Positions 24,401 through 35,041 of a DNA stretch of 64,000 bases are shown piece after piece. The position numbers were made by a program, and so were the translations under genes. Source of the DNA: Heterodontus francisci (lineage: Eukaryota); contig NC_090399.1 of assembly GCF_036365525.1 (NCBI RefSeq), positions 54,158,430 to 54,222,429 on the forward strand, given 5' to 3'. The notes under the pieces were generated by a model. That model saw only the letters and a list, made by a program, of their open reading frames with translations. It was not told where the DNA came from and ran no database searches. The first letter of the stretch is position 1. Each line of letters opens with the position of its first letter.

Positions 24401-27400
24401 AAGTCAGTACTCGGAGTGCTGCACTGTGGGAAGGTCGGTACTGAGAGAGTGCTGCACTGTGGGAAGGTCGGTACTGAGAGAGTGCTGCACTTTCGGAAAG
24501 TCAGTACTCGGAGTGCTGCACTGTCGGAAGGTCGGTACTGAGAGAGTGCTGCACTGTCGGAAGGTCGGTACTGAGAGAGTGCTGCACTTTCGGAAAGTCA
24601 GTACTCGGAGTGCTGCACTGTCGGAAGGTCGGTACTCGGAATGCTGCACTGTCGGAGGGTCGGTACTGAGAGAGTGCTGCACTGTCGGAAGGTCGGGACT
24701 CGGAGTGCTGCACTGTCGGAAGGTCGGTACTGAGAGAGTGCTGCACTGTCGGAAGGTCGGTACTGAGAGAGTGCTGCACTGTCGGAAGGTCGGGACTCGG
24801 AGTGCTGCACGGTCGGAAGGTCGGTACTGAGAGAGTGCTGCACTGTCGGAAGGTCGGTACTCGGAGTGCTGCACTGTCGGAAGGTCGGTACTGAGAGAGT
24901 GCTGCGCTGTCGGAAGGTCGGGACTCGGAGTGCTGCACGGTCGGAGGGTCGGTACTGAGAGAGTGCTGCACTGTCGGAAGGTCGGTACTCGGAGTGCTGC
25001 ACTGTCGGAAGGTCGGTACTGAGAGAGTGCTGCGCTGTCGGAAGGTCGGGACTCGGAGTGATGCACTGTGGGAAGGTCGGTACTGAGAGAGTGCTGCACT
25101 GTCGGAAGGTCGGTACTCGGAGTGCTGCACTGTCGGAAGGTCGGTACTGAGAGAGTACTGCACTGTCGGAAGGTCGGTACTGAGAGAGTGCTGCACTTTC
25201 GGAAAGTCAGTACTCGGAGTGCTGCACTGTCGGAGGGTCGGTACTGAGAGAGTGCTGCACTGTCGGAAGGTCGGTACTCGGAGTGCTGCACTGTCGGAAG
25301 GTCGGTACTGAGAGAGTGCTGCGCTGTCGGAAGGTCGGGACTCGGAGTGCTGCACGGTCGGAGGGTCGGTACTGAGAGAGTGCTGCACTGTCGGAAGGTC
25401 GGTACTCGGAGTGCTGCACTGTCGGAAGGTCGGTACTGAGAGAGTGCTGCGCTGTCGGAAGGTCGGGACTCGGAGTGCTGCACTGTGGGAAGGTCGGTAC
25501 TGAGAGAGTGCTGCACTGTCGGAAGGTCGGTACTCGGAGTGCTGCACTGTCGGAAGGTCGGTACTGAGAGAGTACTGCACTGTCGGAAGGTCGGTACTGA
25601 GAGAGTGCTGCACTTTCGGAAAGTCAGTACTCGGAGTGCTGCACTGTCGGAGGGTCGGTACTGAGAGAGTACTGCACTGTCGGAAGGTCGGTACTGAGAG
25701 AGTGCTGCACTGTCGGAAGGTCGGTACTGAGAGAGTGCTGCACTGTCGGAAGTTCGGTACTGAGAGAGTGCTGCACTGTGGGAAGGTCGGTACTGAGAGA
25801 GTGCTGCACTGTGGGAAGGTCGGTACTGAGAGAGTGCTGCACTTTCGGAAAGTCAGTACTCGGAGTGCTGCACTGTGGGAAGGTCGGTACTGAGAGAGTG
25901 CTGCACTGTGGGAAGGTCGGTACTGAGAGAGTGCTGCACTTTCGGAAAGTCAGTACTTGGAGTGCTGCACTGTCGGAAGGTCGGTACTGAGAGAGTGCTG
26001 CACTGTCGGAAGGTCGGTACTGAGAGAGTGCTGCACTTTCGGAAAGTCAGTACTCGGAGTGCTGCACTGTCGGAAGGTCGGTACTCGGAATGCTGCACTG
26101 TCGGAGGGTCGGTACTGAGAGAGTGCTGCACTGTCGGAAGGTCGGGACTCGGAGTGCTGCACTGTCGGAAGGTCGGTACTGAGAGAGTGCTGCACTGTCG
26201 GAAGGTCGGTACTGAGAGAGTGCTGCACTGTCGGAAGGTCGGGACTCGGAGTGCTGCACGGTCGGAAGGTCGGTACTGAGAGAGTGCTGCACTGTCAGAA
26301 GGTCGGTACTCGGAGTGCTGCACTGTCGGAAGGTCGGTACTGAGAGAGTGCTGCACTGTCGGAAGGTCGGTACTCGGAGTGCTGCACTGTCGGAAGGTCG
26401 GTACTGAGAGAGTGCTGCGCTGTCGGAAGGTCGGGACTCGGAGTGATGCACTGTGGGAAGGTCGGTACTGAGAGAGTGCTGCACTGTCGGAAGGTCGGTA
26501 CTCGGAGTGCTGCACTGTCGGAAGGTCGGTACTGAGAGAGTACTGCACTGTCGGAAGGTCGGTACTGAGAGAGTGCTGCACTTTCGGAAAGTCAGTACTC
26601 GGAGTGCTGCACTGTCGGAGGGTCGGTACTGAGAGAGTACTGCACTGTCGGAAGGTCGGTACTGAGAGAGTGCTGCACTGTCGGAAGGTCGGTACTGAGA
26701 GAGTGCTGCACTGTCGGAAGGTCGGTACTGAGAGAGTGCTGCACTGTGGGAAGGTCGGTACTGAGAGAGTGCTGCACTGTGGGAAGGTCGGTACTGAGAG
26801 AGTGCTGCACTTTCGGAAAGTCAGTACTCGGAGTGCTGCACTGTCGGAAGGTCGGTACTGAGAGAGTGCTGCACTGTGGGAAGGTCGGTACTGAGAGAGT
26901 GCTGCACTTTCGGAAAGTCAGTACTCGGAGTGCTGCACTGTCGGAAGGTCGGTACTGAGAGAGTGCTGCACTGTCGGAAGGTCGGTCCTGAGAGAGTGCT
27001 GCACTTTCGGAAAGTCAGTACTCGGAGTGCTGCACTGTCGGAAGGTCGGTACTCGGAATGCTGCACTGTCGGAGGGTCGGTACTGAGAGAGTACTGCACT
27101 GTGGGAAGATCGGTACTGAGAGAGTGCTGCACTGTCGGAAGGTCGGTACTGAGAGAGTGCTGCACTTTCGGAAAGTCAGTACTCGGAGTGCTGCACTGTC
27201 GGAAGGTCGGTACTCGGAGTGCTGCACTGTCGGAAGGTCGGTACTGAGAGAGTACTGCACTGTGGGAAGATCGGTACTGAGAGAGTGCTGCACTGTGGGA
27301 AGGTCGGTACTGAGAGAGTGCTGCACTGTCGGAAGGTCGGTACTGAGAGAGTGCTGCACTGTCGGAAGGTCGGTACTCGGAGTGCTGCACTGTCGGAAGG

Positions 27401-29146
27401 TCGGTACTGAGAGAGTGCTGCGCTGTCGGAAGGTCGGGACTCGGAGTGCTGCACGGTCGGAGGGTCGGTACTGAGAGAGTGCTGCACTGTCGGAAGGTCG
27501 GGACTCGGAGTGCTGCACTGTCGGAAGGTCGGTACTGAGAGAGTGCTGCACTGTCGGAAGGTCGGTACTCGGAGTGCTGCACTGTCGGAAGGTCGGTACT
27601 GAGAGAGTGCTGCACTGTCGGAAGGTCGGTACTGAGAGAGTGCTGCACTGTCGGAAGGTCGGGACTCGGAGTGCTGCACGGTCGGAGGGTCGGTACTGAG
27701 AGAGTGCTGCACTGTCGGAAGGTCGGTACTCGGAGTGCTGCACTGTCGGAAGGTCGGGACTCGGAGTGCTGCACTGTGGGAAGGTCGGTACTGAGAGAGT
27801 GCTGCACTGTCGGAAGGTCGGTACTCGGAGTGCTGCACTGTCGGAAGGTCGGTACTGAAAGAGTACTGCACTGTCGGAAGGTCGGTACTGAGAGAGTGCT
27901 GCACTTTCGGAAAGTCAGTACTCGGAGTGCTGCACTGTCGGAGGGTCGGTACTGAGAGAGTGCTGCACTGTCGGAAGGTCGGTACTGAGAGAGTGCTGCA
28001 CTGTGGGAAGGTCGGTACTGAGAGAGTGCTGCACTTTCGGAAAGTCAGTACTCGGAGTGCTGCACTGTGGGAAGGTCGGTACTGAGAGAGTGCTGCACTG
28101 TGGGAAGGTCGGTACTGAGAGAGTGCTGCACTTTCGGAAAGTCAGTACTCGGAGTGCTGCACTGTCGGAAGGTCGGTACTGAGAGAGTGCTGCACTGTCG
28201 GATGGTCGGTACTGAGAGAGTGCTGCACTTTCGGAAAGTCAGTACTCGGAGTGCTGCACTGTCGGAAGGTCGGTACTCGGAATGCTGCACTGTCGGAGGG
28301 TCGGTACTGAGAGACTACTGCACTGTGGGAAGATCGGTACTGAGAGAGTGCTGCACTGTGGGAAGGTCGGTACTGAGAGAGTGCTGCACTGTCGGAAGGT
28401 CGGTACTGAGAGAGTGCTGCACTGTCGGAAGGTCGGTACTCGGAGTGCTGCACTGTCGGAAGGTCGGTACTGAGAGAGTGCTGCGCTGTCGGAAGGTCGG
28501 GACTCGGAGTGCTGCACGGTCGGAGGGTCGGTACTGAGAGAGTGCTGCACTGTCGGAAGGTCGGGACTCGGAGTGCTGCACTGTGGGAAGGTCGGTACTG
28601 AGAGAGTGCTGCACTGTCGGAAGGTCGGTACTCGGAGTGCTGCACTGTCGGAAGGTCGGTACTGAGAGAGTGCTGCACTGTGGGAAGGTCGGTACTGAGA
28701 GAGTGCTGCACTGTCGGAAGGTCGGGACTCGGAGTGCTGCACGGTCGGAGGGTCGGTACTGAGAGAGTGCTGCACTGTCGGAAGGTCGGGACTCGGAGTG
28801 CTGCACTGTCGGAAGGTCGGTACTGAGAGAGTGCTGCACTGTCGGAAGGTCGGTACTGAGAGAGTGCTGCACTGTCGGAAGGTCGGGACTCGGAGTGCTG
28901 CACGGTCGGAGGGTCGGTACTGAGAGAGTGCTGCACTGTCGGAAGGTCGGGACTCGGAGTGCTGCACTGTCGGAAGGTCGGTACTGAGAGAGTGCTGCAC
29001 TGTCGGAAGGTCGGTACTGAGAGAGTGCTGCACTGTCGGAAGGTCGGTACTGAGAGAGTGCTGCACTGTCGGAAGGTCGGTACTGAGAGAGTGCTGCACT
29101 GTCGGAAGGTCGGTACTCGGAGTGCTGCACTGTCGGAGGGACTGTG
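15455..29146 (+). repeat. 33/31-bp CpG-rich minisatellite, ~13.7 kb (about 420 units), directly upstream of the gene 2 promoter
   Basis: Units GTCGGTACTGAGAGAGTGCTGCACTGTCGGAAG (33 bp) and GTCGGTACTCGGAGTGCTGCACTGTCGGAAG (31 bp). The array is degenerate at the left end and homogeneous at the right. Confidence 0.97.
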
Positions 29147-29474
29147 AAATGTTTTGGAACATCCTGTATATATGAAAGTTCTTGCTCCTTCTCTCCTTTA
29201 TTTCTCATCACTGACATTGACTGGATTGAATAATCTCAAAGTAACAAAACACCAAGAGGAGGTCCGGCCCTCTCCACTGTGAATGGCTGAGTGGATTGAT
29301 TGACATGGGAGCAGACGACTAACATTTTTAGGATGGGTGGCTTTCGATGTCCCTGAGCTACTCATTGGTTGTGGGAGATGTCAGTCAGAGAAGCCAACCA
29401 ATCGGCTCTTTTCCTCCTCTTCCTCTTTCGCAGCTGGTTGATTTCCTGATCGGGATTGAAAAACAAGTGAGACG
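29147..29474 (+). promoter_or_regulatory. Putative promoter and non-coding exon 1 of gene 2
   Basis: Contains ATTGG and CCAATC boxes and an ETS-like TTCCTG, and ends at a GACG|GTGAGT donor. Homologous to 41917-42212 and 55146-55425. Confidence 0.65.
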
Positions 29475-30780
29475 GTGAGTAAAGGAGCAGAGTTTGTACA
29501 GATTGTATCCCATAATATCCACACTAATGTTCAGGACTGAATATCCAGTGAGTGACGGAGCAGAGTTTGTACAGATTGTATCCCATAATATCCACACTAA
29601 TGTTCAGGACTGAATATCCAGTGAGTGACGGAGCAGAGTTTGTACAGATTGTATCCCATAATATCCACACTAATGTTCAGGACTGAATATCCAGTGAGTG
29701 ACGGAGCAGAGTTTGTACAGATTGTATCCCATAATATCCACACTAATGTTCAGGACTGAATATCCAGTGAGTGACGGAGCAGAGTTTGTACAGATTGTAT
29801 CCCATAATATCCACACTAATGTTCAGGACTGAATATCCAGTGAGTGACGGAGCAGAGTTTGTACAGATTGTATCCCATAATATCCACACTAATGTTCAGG
29901 ACTGAATATCCAGTGAGTGACGGAGCAGAGTTTGTACAGATTGTATCCCATAATATCCACACTAATGTTCAGGACTGAATATCCAGTGAGTGACGGAGCA
30001 GAGTTTGTACAGATTGTATCCCATAATATCCACACTAATGTTCAGGACTGAATATCCAGTGAGTGACGGAGCAGAGTTTGTACAGATTGTATCCCATAAT
30101 ATCCACACTAATGTTCAGGACTGAATATCCAGTGAGTGACGGAGCAGAGTTTGTACAGATTGTATCCCATAATATCCACACTAATGTTCAGGACTGAATA
30201 TCCAGTGAGTGACGGAGCAGAGTTTGTACAGATTGTATCCCATAATATCCACACTAATGTTCAGGACTGAATATCCAGTGAGTGACGGAGCAGAGTTTGT
30301 ACAGATTGTATCCCATAATATCCACACTAATGTTCAGGACTGAATATCCAGTGAGTGACGGAGCAGAGTTTGTACAGATTGTATCCCATAATATCCACAC
30401 TAATGTTCAGGACTGAATATCCAGTGAGTGACGGAGCAGAGTTTGTACAGATTGTATCCCATAATATCCACACTAATGTTCAGGACTGAATATCCAGTGA
30501 GTGAAGGAGCAGAGTTTGTACAGATTGTATCCCATAATATCCACACTAATGTTCAGGACTGAATATCCAGTGAGTGAAGGAGCAGAGTTTGTACAGATTG
30601 TATCCCATAATATCCACACTAATGTTCAGGACTGAATATCCAGTGAGTGAAGGAGCAGAGTTTGTACAGATTGTATCCCATAATATCCTCACTAATGTTC
30701 AGGACTGAATATCCAGTGAGTAAAGGAGCAGAGTTTGTACAGATTGTATCCCATAATATCCTCACTAATGTTCAGGACTG
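29475..30780 (+). repeat. 73-bp tandem array (~18 copies) starting at the donor GT of gene 2 intron 1
   Basis: Same unit as 1-6980, including a long run of apparently identical GTGACGG-variant copies. Confidence 0.97.
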
Positions 30781-30904
30781 GACTTTGTTTCGCTGTGATT
30801 TGTTCAACTTTGTCTTTGATTCAATGAATCAAGATCTTTCAGTTGTTTACAATGCTGCTTGTTCACACTCTGTTTGTTAACAGGCTGCCACACGTCAACG
30901 CAGT

Positions 30905-31560
30905 GAGCGAGAGAGCAAAGAATCAGGATTGGGGTCCGTGTTGGTGGGTGGGAGGGGATGCGATAACTGGAGGGAGAGGAAGGAGCGGGGTAGAGAAAAG
31001 GAGGGGAGAGAGGGAGTGGCAAGGGGGAATGGCAAGAGCAAGAACTCAGGGCGGGGGCGATAGAGGGAGAAAGAACGAGAGCATAAACTTGAGGTGGCAG
31101 AGAGAGAGAGACAACGAGCTGTGTCCCTGGGAGGGGGGGCGGGGGTGTGGAGGGGAGTGGTAGTGTGCAAGTGGGGAATGGGGTTATGGAAAGAGAGAGG
31201 GATAGAGCAGAGAGACCTGGTTGCAGTGAGGGGAGAGAGACAGAGAGCAAACAGGGAGCTGGGGAGTGCAGGGAGGGTTGGTGCAGGGGTATTTGGGGAG
31301 AGAGAGGGGGCAGCGACCTTGGGGGAGAAAGAGAGAGAGAGAGACAGGAAGTGCAGGAACATCAAGGAGATGGTGGTGGAAAGACTGAGACAACAGGCCC
31401 AGGATGAAGAGAGAGTGGGAATCCAGGGGCAGGAAGGGAGCGAAAAAGAGTGCAGGCACGTTGAGTGGAAAAGAGCAGTGGCCCAGGGGTGAGATAGTAA
31501 GCGACAGAGGGAGAGAGCAGGGACCCGGGGGCTGAGGGAGGGGGCGAGAGTGAGTGGAGA
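30905..31560 (+). repeat. GA-rich low-complexity region in the intron
   Basis: Strong purine bias with G-runs. Similar regions lie at 43260-43660, 44200-44610 and 55700-56320. Confidence 0.7.
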
Positions 31561-31599
31561 GTACACAGATGGTATAGCTTGATGTTGGTGGGATTGGGA

Positions 31600-32372
31600 C
31601 AAGCTCGTTGAAGCCAAGTCTGGGCACCACACTATAGGAAAGATGTGAAGACATTAGAGAGGATGCAGAAAAGATTTACAAGATTGGTTCCAGGGATGAG
31701 GGCCTTCAGTTACATGGATAGACTGGAGAAGCTGTTCCCAACAGGGAAGAGAAGGTTGAGAGGAAATTTGATACAGTAGTTCAAAATCATGAGTCTATAC
31801 AGAATAGACAGTGTTAAACTCCAGAAAGTTTGTTATGTCAGGATAATGCTGGAACCTATCCTGACTCAGTTTCACATTTATTGTACAGAGTAAAAGGATT
31901 GCAAGTGTGTAACTCCTCACACCAAACCCTCCCCCAGTCTCAGTAAGTGTCAGCTTATACCTGCTCAAGTAAGACCCCAATTAACATCCTCTAACTGTAT
32001 ATAATCAAACAATTGATACACAATTAACAGATAGCAGGGAGAAACTGCTCTCATTGGTGGAAGGATCGAGAACCAGAGGACATCGATTTAAGCTATACAG
32101 CAGAAGAAGCAACTGCGACATGAAGAAAAGCTGTTTTTACGCAGCAAGGGGTTAGGATCCGGAATTCACTTCCTGATAGTGTGGTGAAGGCAGATTGAAT
32201 CGTGGCTTTCAAAACGGAACTGGATAATTATCTAAATAGAAAAAATTACAGGGCGACAGGGAAAGGGTGGTGAAGTGGGACTGGATGAGAAGCTCTTGCA
32301 GAGAGCTGACACAGACACGACGGGTCGAATGGCCTCTGTCTGTGCTGAAACTGTTCGATGAATCTATGATTC
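31600..32372 (+). mobile_element. CR1 LINE 3' fragment, interrupted by a solo LTR
   Basis: Decayed HYRKDVKTLERMQKRFTRLVPGM motif. The paralogous copy lies at 56360-56900. Confidence 0.75.
31812..32029 (-). mobile_element. Probable solo LTR (218 bp)
   Basis: Termini TGTTAA...TTAACA flanked by gacag/gatag. It is absent from the paralogous CR1 near 56560. The minus strand has a TATA-like motif followed by AATAAA. Confidence 0.6.
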
Positions 32373-32502
32373 ACATTGAAGATATCCAGTTATAGGAGGC
32401 AGGACTCACAGTGATGCTGGAGAAATGTCACCAGATGCTGTGTGTCGGGCACCATGTGGGTGTGGATACTTGGAGACCCAATAGGGCTAAAGAGGGCCTC
32501 CC

Positions 32503-32875
32503 TCAACAACAACCTGCATTTTTATAGCACATTTAACATAGTAAAATATCCCAAGGCACTTCACAGGAATGTTATCAAATAAATCACAACACCAATCCAT
32601 CAAAGGAGATATTAGGACAGATGATTAAAATCTTGGTCAAAGAGATGGATTTTAAGGAGCCTCTTCAAGGAGGAGAGAGAGGTGAAGAGGTTCAGACAGG
32701 AAATTCCAGAGTTAACAACCCAGACAGTTGAAGGCAGGGCCACCAATGGTGGAGTTATTACAATCGGGGATGCTCAAGAGGCCGGAATTAGAGGAGTGCA
32801 GATATCTCAGAGGGTTGTGGGGCTGGAGGAGGTTATAGAGATAGGGAGGGGCGAGGACATGGAGGGATTTGAAAA
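32503..32875 (-). mobile_element. L2-clade LINE 3' fragment
   Basis: Minus-strand ORF VFKSLHVLAPPYLYNLLQPHNPLRYLHSS. The paralogous copy lies at 57033-57405. Confidence 0.7.
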
Positions 32876-33259
32876 CACGCTCAATAATCTCACTAAAACT
32901 AACAGGTGTTAGATTTCCTGGGAACAGTGGGTTATTCCTCACATACTGTTAGAACTGTGGACAAACAATATAACTCCGATGAGTTAATGAAAGTAGAATG
33001 GTTAATAAGCAGTACTGATTGAAGACAATGTATTAAGATGTCTATTCCAGCTGGTACCTGGGTCTTTACCACGTTTCACAGCTTCAGGAACCCAGACACA
33101 AAGACAACACTGACACCTGCAGCTCTAACTAGTTACCACTTTAAATCAAATCAAACTTCCAGGCTGCAGCTTCGAGTGGGAAAAGCATTCTGTTCACAGC
33201 CTTGGGACTTAACCTCTTAGGAACTGAATCTAGTACAACAGAAATATTCTAAGTTATTG

Positions 33260-33655
33260 TCAGCCGTGGTTTAGTTAACACTCTCACCTCGGAGTCAGAA
33301 GGTTGTGGGTTTAAGGCCCATTCCAGAGATTTGAGCACTGAGGCTGACACTCCAGTGCAGTACTGAGGGTGTTAAACTGAGGCTCCCTCTGTCCACTCAG
33401 GTGGACATAAAAGATCACAGGGCACTATTTCAAAGAGCAGGGGAGTTATCCCCGGGATCCTGGTCAATATTTATCCCTCAATCAACATCACAAAAACAGA
33501 TTAGCTGGTCATTATCACATTGCTGTTTGTGGGATCTTGCTGTGTACAAATTGACTGCTGCATTTCCAACATGAAAGCAGTGACTGCATTTCAATTGGCT
33601 TTCAAGTGTTTAGGGACATCTGGTGATCATGAAAGGTGCTATATCAATGCAATTC
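33260..33655 (+). mobile_element. tRNA-derived Deu-domain SINE (SacSINE1-like)
   Basis: A tRNA-like head (cagccgtggtttagtt...ggagtcagaaggttgtgggtttaag) is followed by a Deu-like core (gttaaactgagg...caggtggacataaaagatc...ggcactatttc...gagcaggggagtt). The family was recognised from memory. Confidence 0.7.
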
Positions 33656-34595
33656 TTCCATGAGCTATAAAGAAATCCAACACAGGCAATCCAGGCAAAA
33701 TCCATTGATCCACATTTACTGCCCCCACAGTTCAGTAACCTGCTGACCCTCCTTGGACACCAGTCTCCCAGTGAGGGGTCAGCACCTTCAGAGATGGCAG
33801 AGAATCGGAGGAAACTCACTCATTATTTTATTGTGTTACAGGAGTATCTCACCGTATTAAATCAGAGAATAGAGAGTGGATAGACACCGCACCCAGCCAA
33901 GACCCGAGGAGATCCCGGACATCACCCCAGGGACAACTCCACAGAAAAAGCATCTGCAATAAATCTGATTGGTCAGGAGAAGTGAAATTGACCAGTGTCC
34001 TGCGTCTAATCAAAACCAAAGCTTCCATCAGTTTGGCTGTGGGATATCAGTCTGTCCAGGAGATGGAGGGATTGTAACGGGTGAGTTTGGAAAGAAGTCT
34101 CTCAGGTTCCACAAGCAGTGGTTTTCACACAGTCATTGGTGTTCCTGAAACACTGGAACATCCACTCAGATGAAAGGTCATTCACAGTGAGGGACGTAAG
34201 GACTGCTCAGACCGTGACGAGGACTTTGAGTGTTCATTATACCTTGTGATGCATTGGCAGATCCTGACAGGTGTCTGACATTTGCTGAGGGCTTTATATG
34301 ATTGTTGGACCTCCTCATCCACAGATGGTGAGAGTGTAGACAGTCTTAGTGACACCATTGTGTCTCCTGTAACACGAGAGCAGCCACATGACAGAGAAAA
34401 CAATTGAATGTGGACAATTTGACGGAGTCTCTGCGAGGTCATCAGGCCCTGTGAATCCTCAATCCACCAACACAGAGGAGAGGTGGTTCTAGTGTGAAGT
34501 GTGTGAGAAGACCTGCGTACGGTTATCGTACCTCCTGAAACACCAACACACCCACACGGGAGAAACTGTTCATTTGCGAGGTGTGTGACAGAACA

Positions 34596-34950
34596 GGGCG
34601 GCACAGTGGCGCAGTGGTTAGCACCGCAGCCTCACAGCTCCAGGGACCTGGGTTCAATTCTGGGTACTGCCTGTGCGGAGTTTGCAAGTTCTCCCTGTGT
34701 CTGCGTGGGTTTCCTCCGGGTGCTCCGGTTTCCTCCCACATGCCAAAGACTTGCAGGTTGATAGGTAAATTGGCTGTTATAAATTGCCCCTAGTATTGGT
34801 AGGTGGTAGGGAAATATATAGGTACAGGTGGGAATGTGGTAGGAATATGGGATTAGTGTAGGATTAGTATAAATGGGTAGTTGATGGTCGGCACAGACTC
34901 GGTGGGCCGAAGGGCCTGTTTCAGTGCTGTATCTCTAAACTAAACTAAAC
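34596..34950 (+). mobile_element. HE1-type V-SINE inserted in the decayed 5' fingers of gene 2
   Basis: tRNA-derived head with A- and B-box-like motifs, V domain tgcgtgggtttcctccgggtgctccggtttcctcccaca, and a (TAAAC)3 tail. The empty site gacaaaacattctctc is present at 59131. Confidence 0.88.
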
Positions 34951-35041
34951 ATTCTCTCAATCATCCCACCACCTGGTCCATCAGAGAACCCACACAGGGG
35001 AGAAACCCTTCACGTGTGACATTTGCAACAAAGCTTTCCTA

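Noticed and set aside
15690-29217. Long repetitive ORFs up to 857 aa (VQHSLSTDLPT, VLHCRKVGTER)
   Set aside because: These are stop-free frames of a 33/31-bp repeat, open on both strands and switching frame at each 31-mer. There is no evidence of coding.
30804-31654. Pro/Ser/Leu-rich and Gly/Glu/Arg-rich ORFs
   Set aside because: They come from low-complexity GA-rich intronic sequence and are not conserved in frame between paralogues.
33038-33220. Near-identical 60-aa ORFs at 33038 and 57567 as a small conserved gene
   Set aside because: The flanking DNA is equally identical, so recent conversion or duplication explains it. No domain is recognisable.
34596-34670. tRNA gene
   Set aside because: It is the tRNA-derived head of a V-SINE and continues into the V domain and tail.
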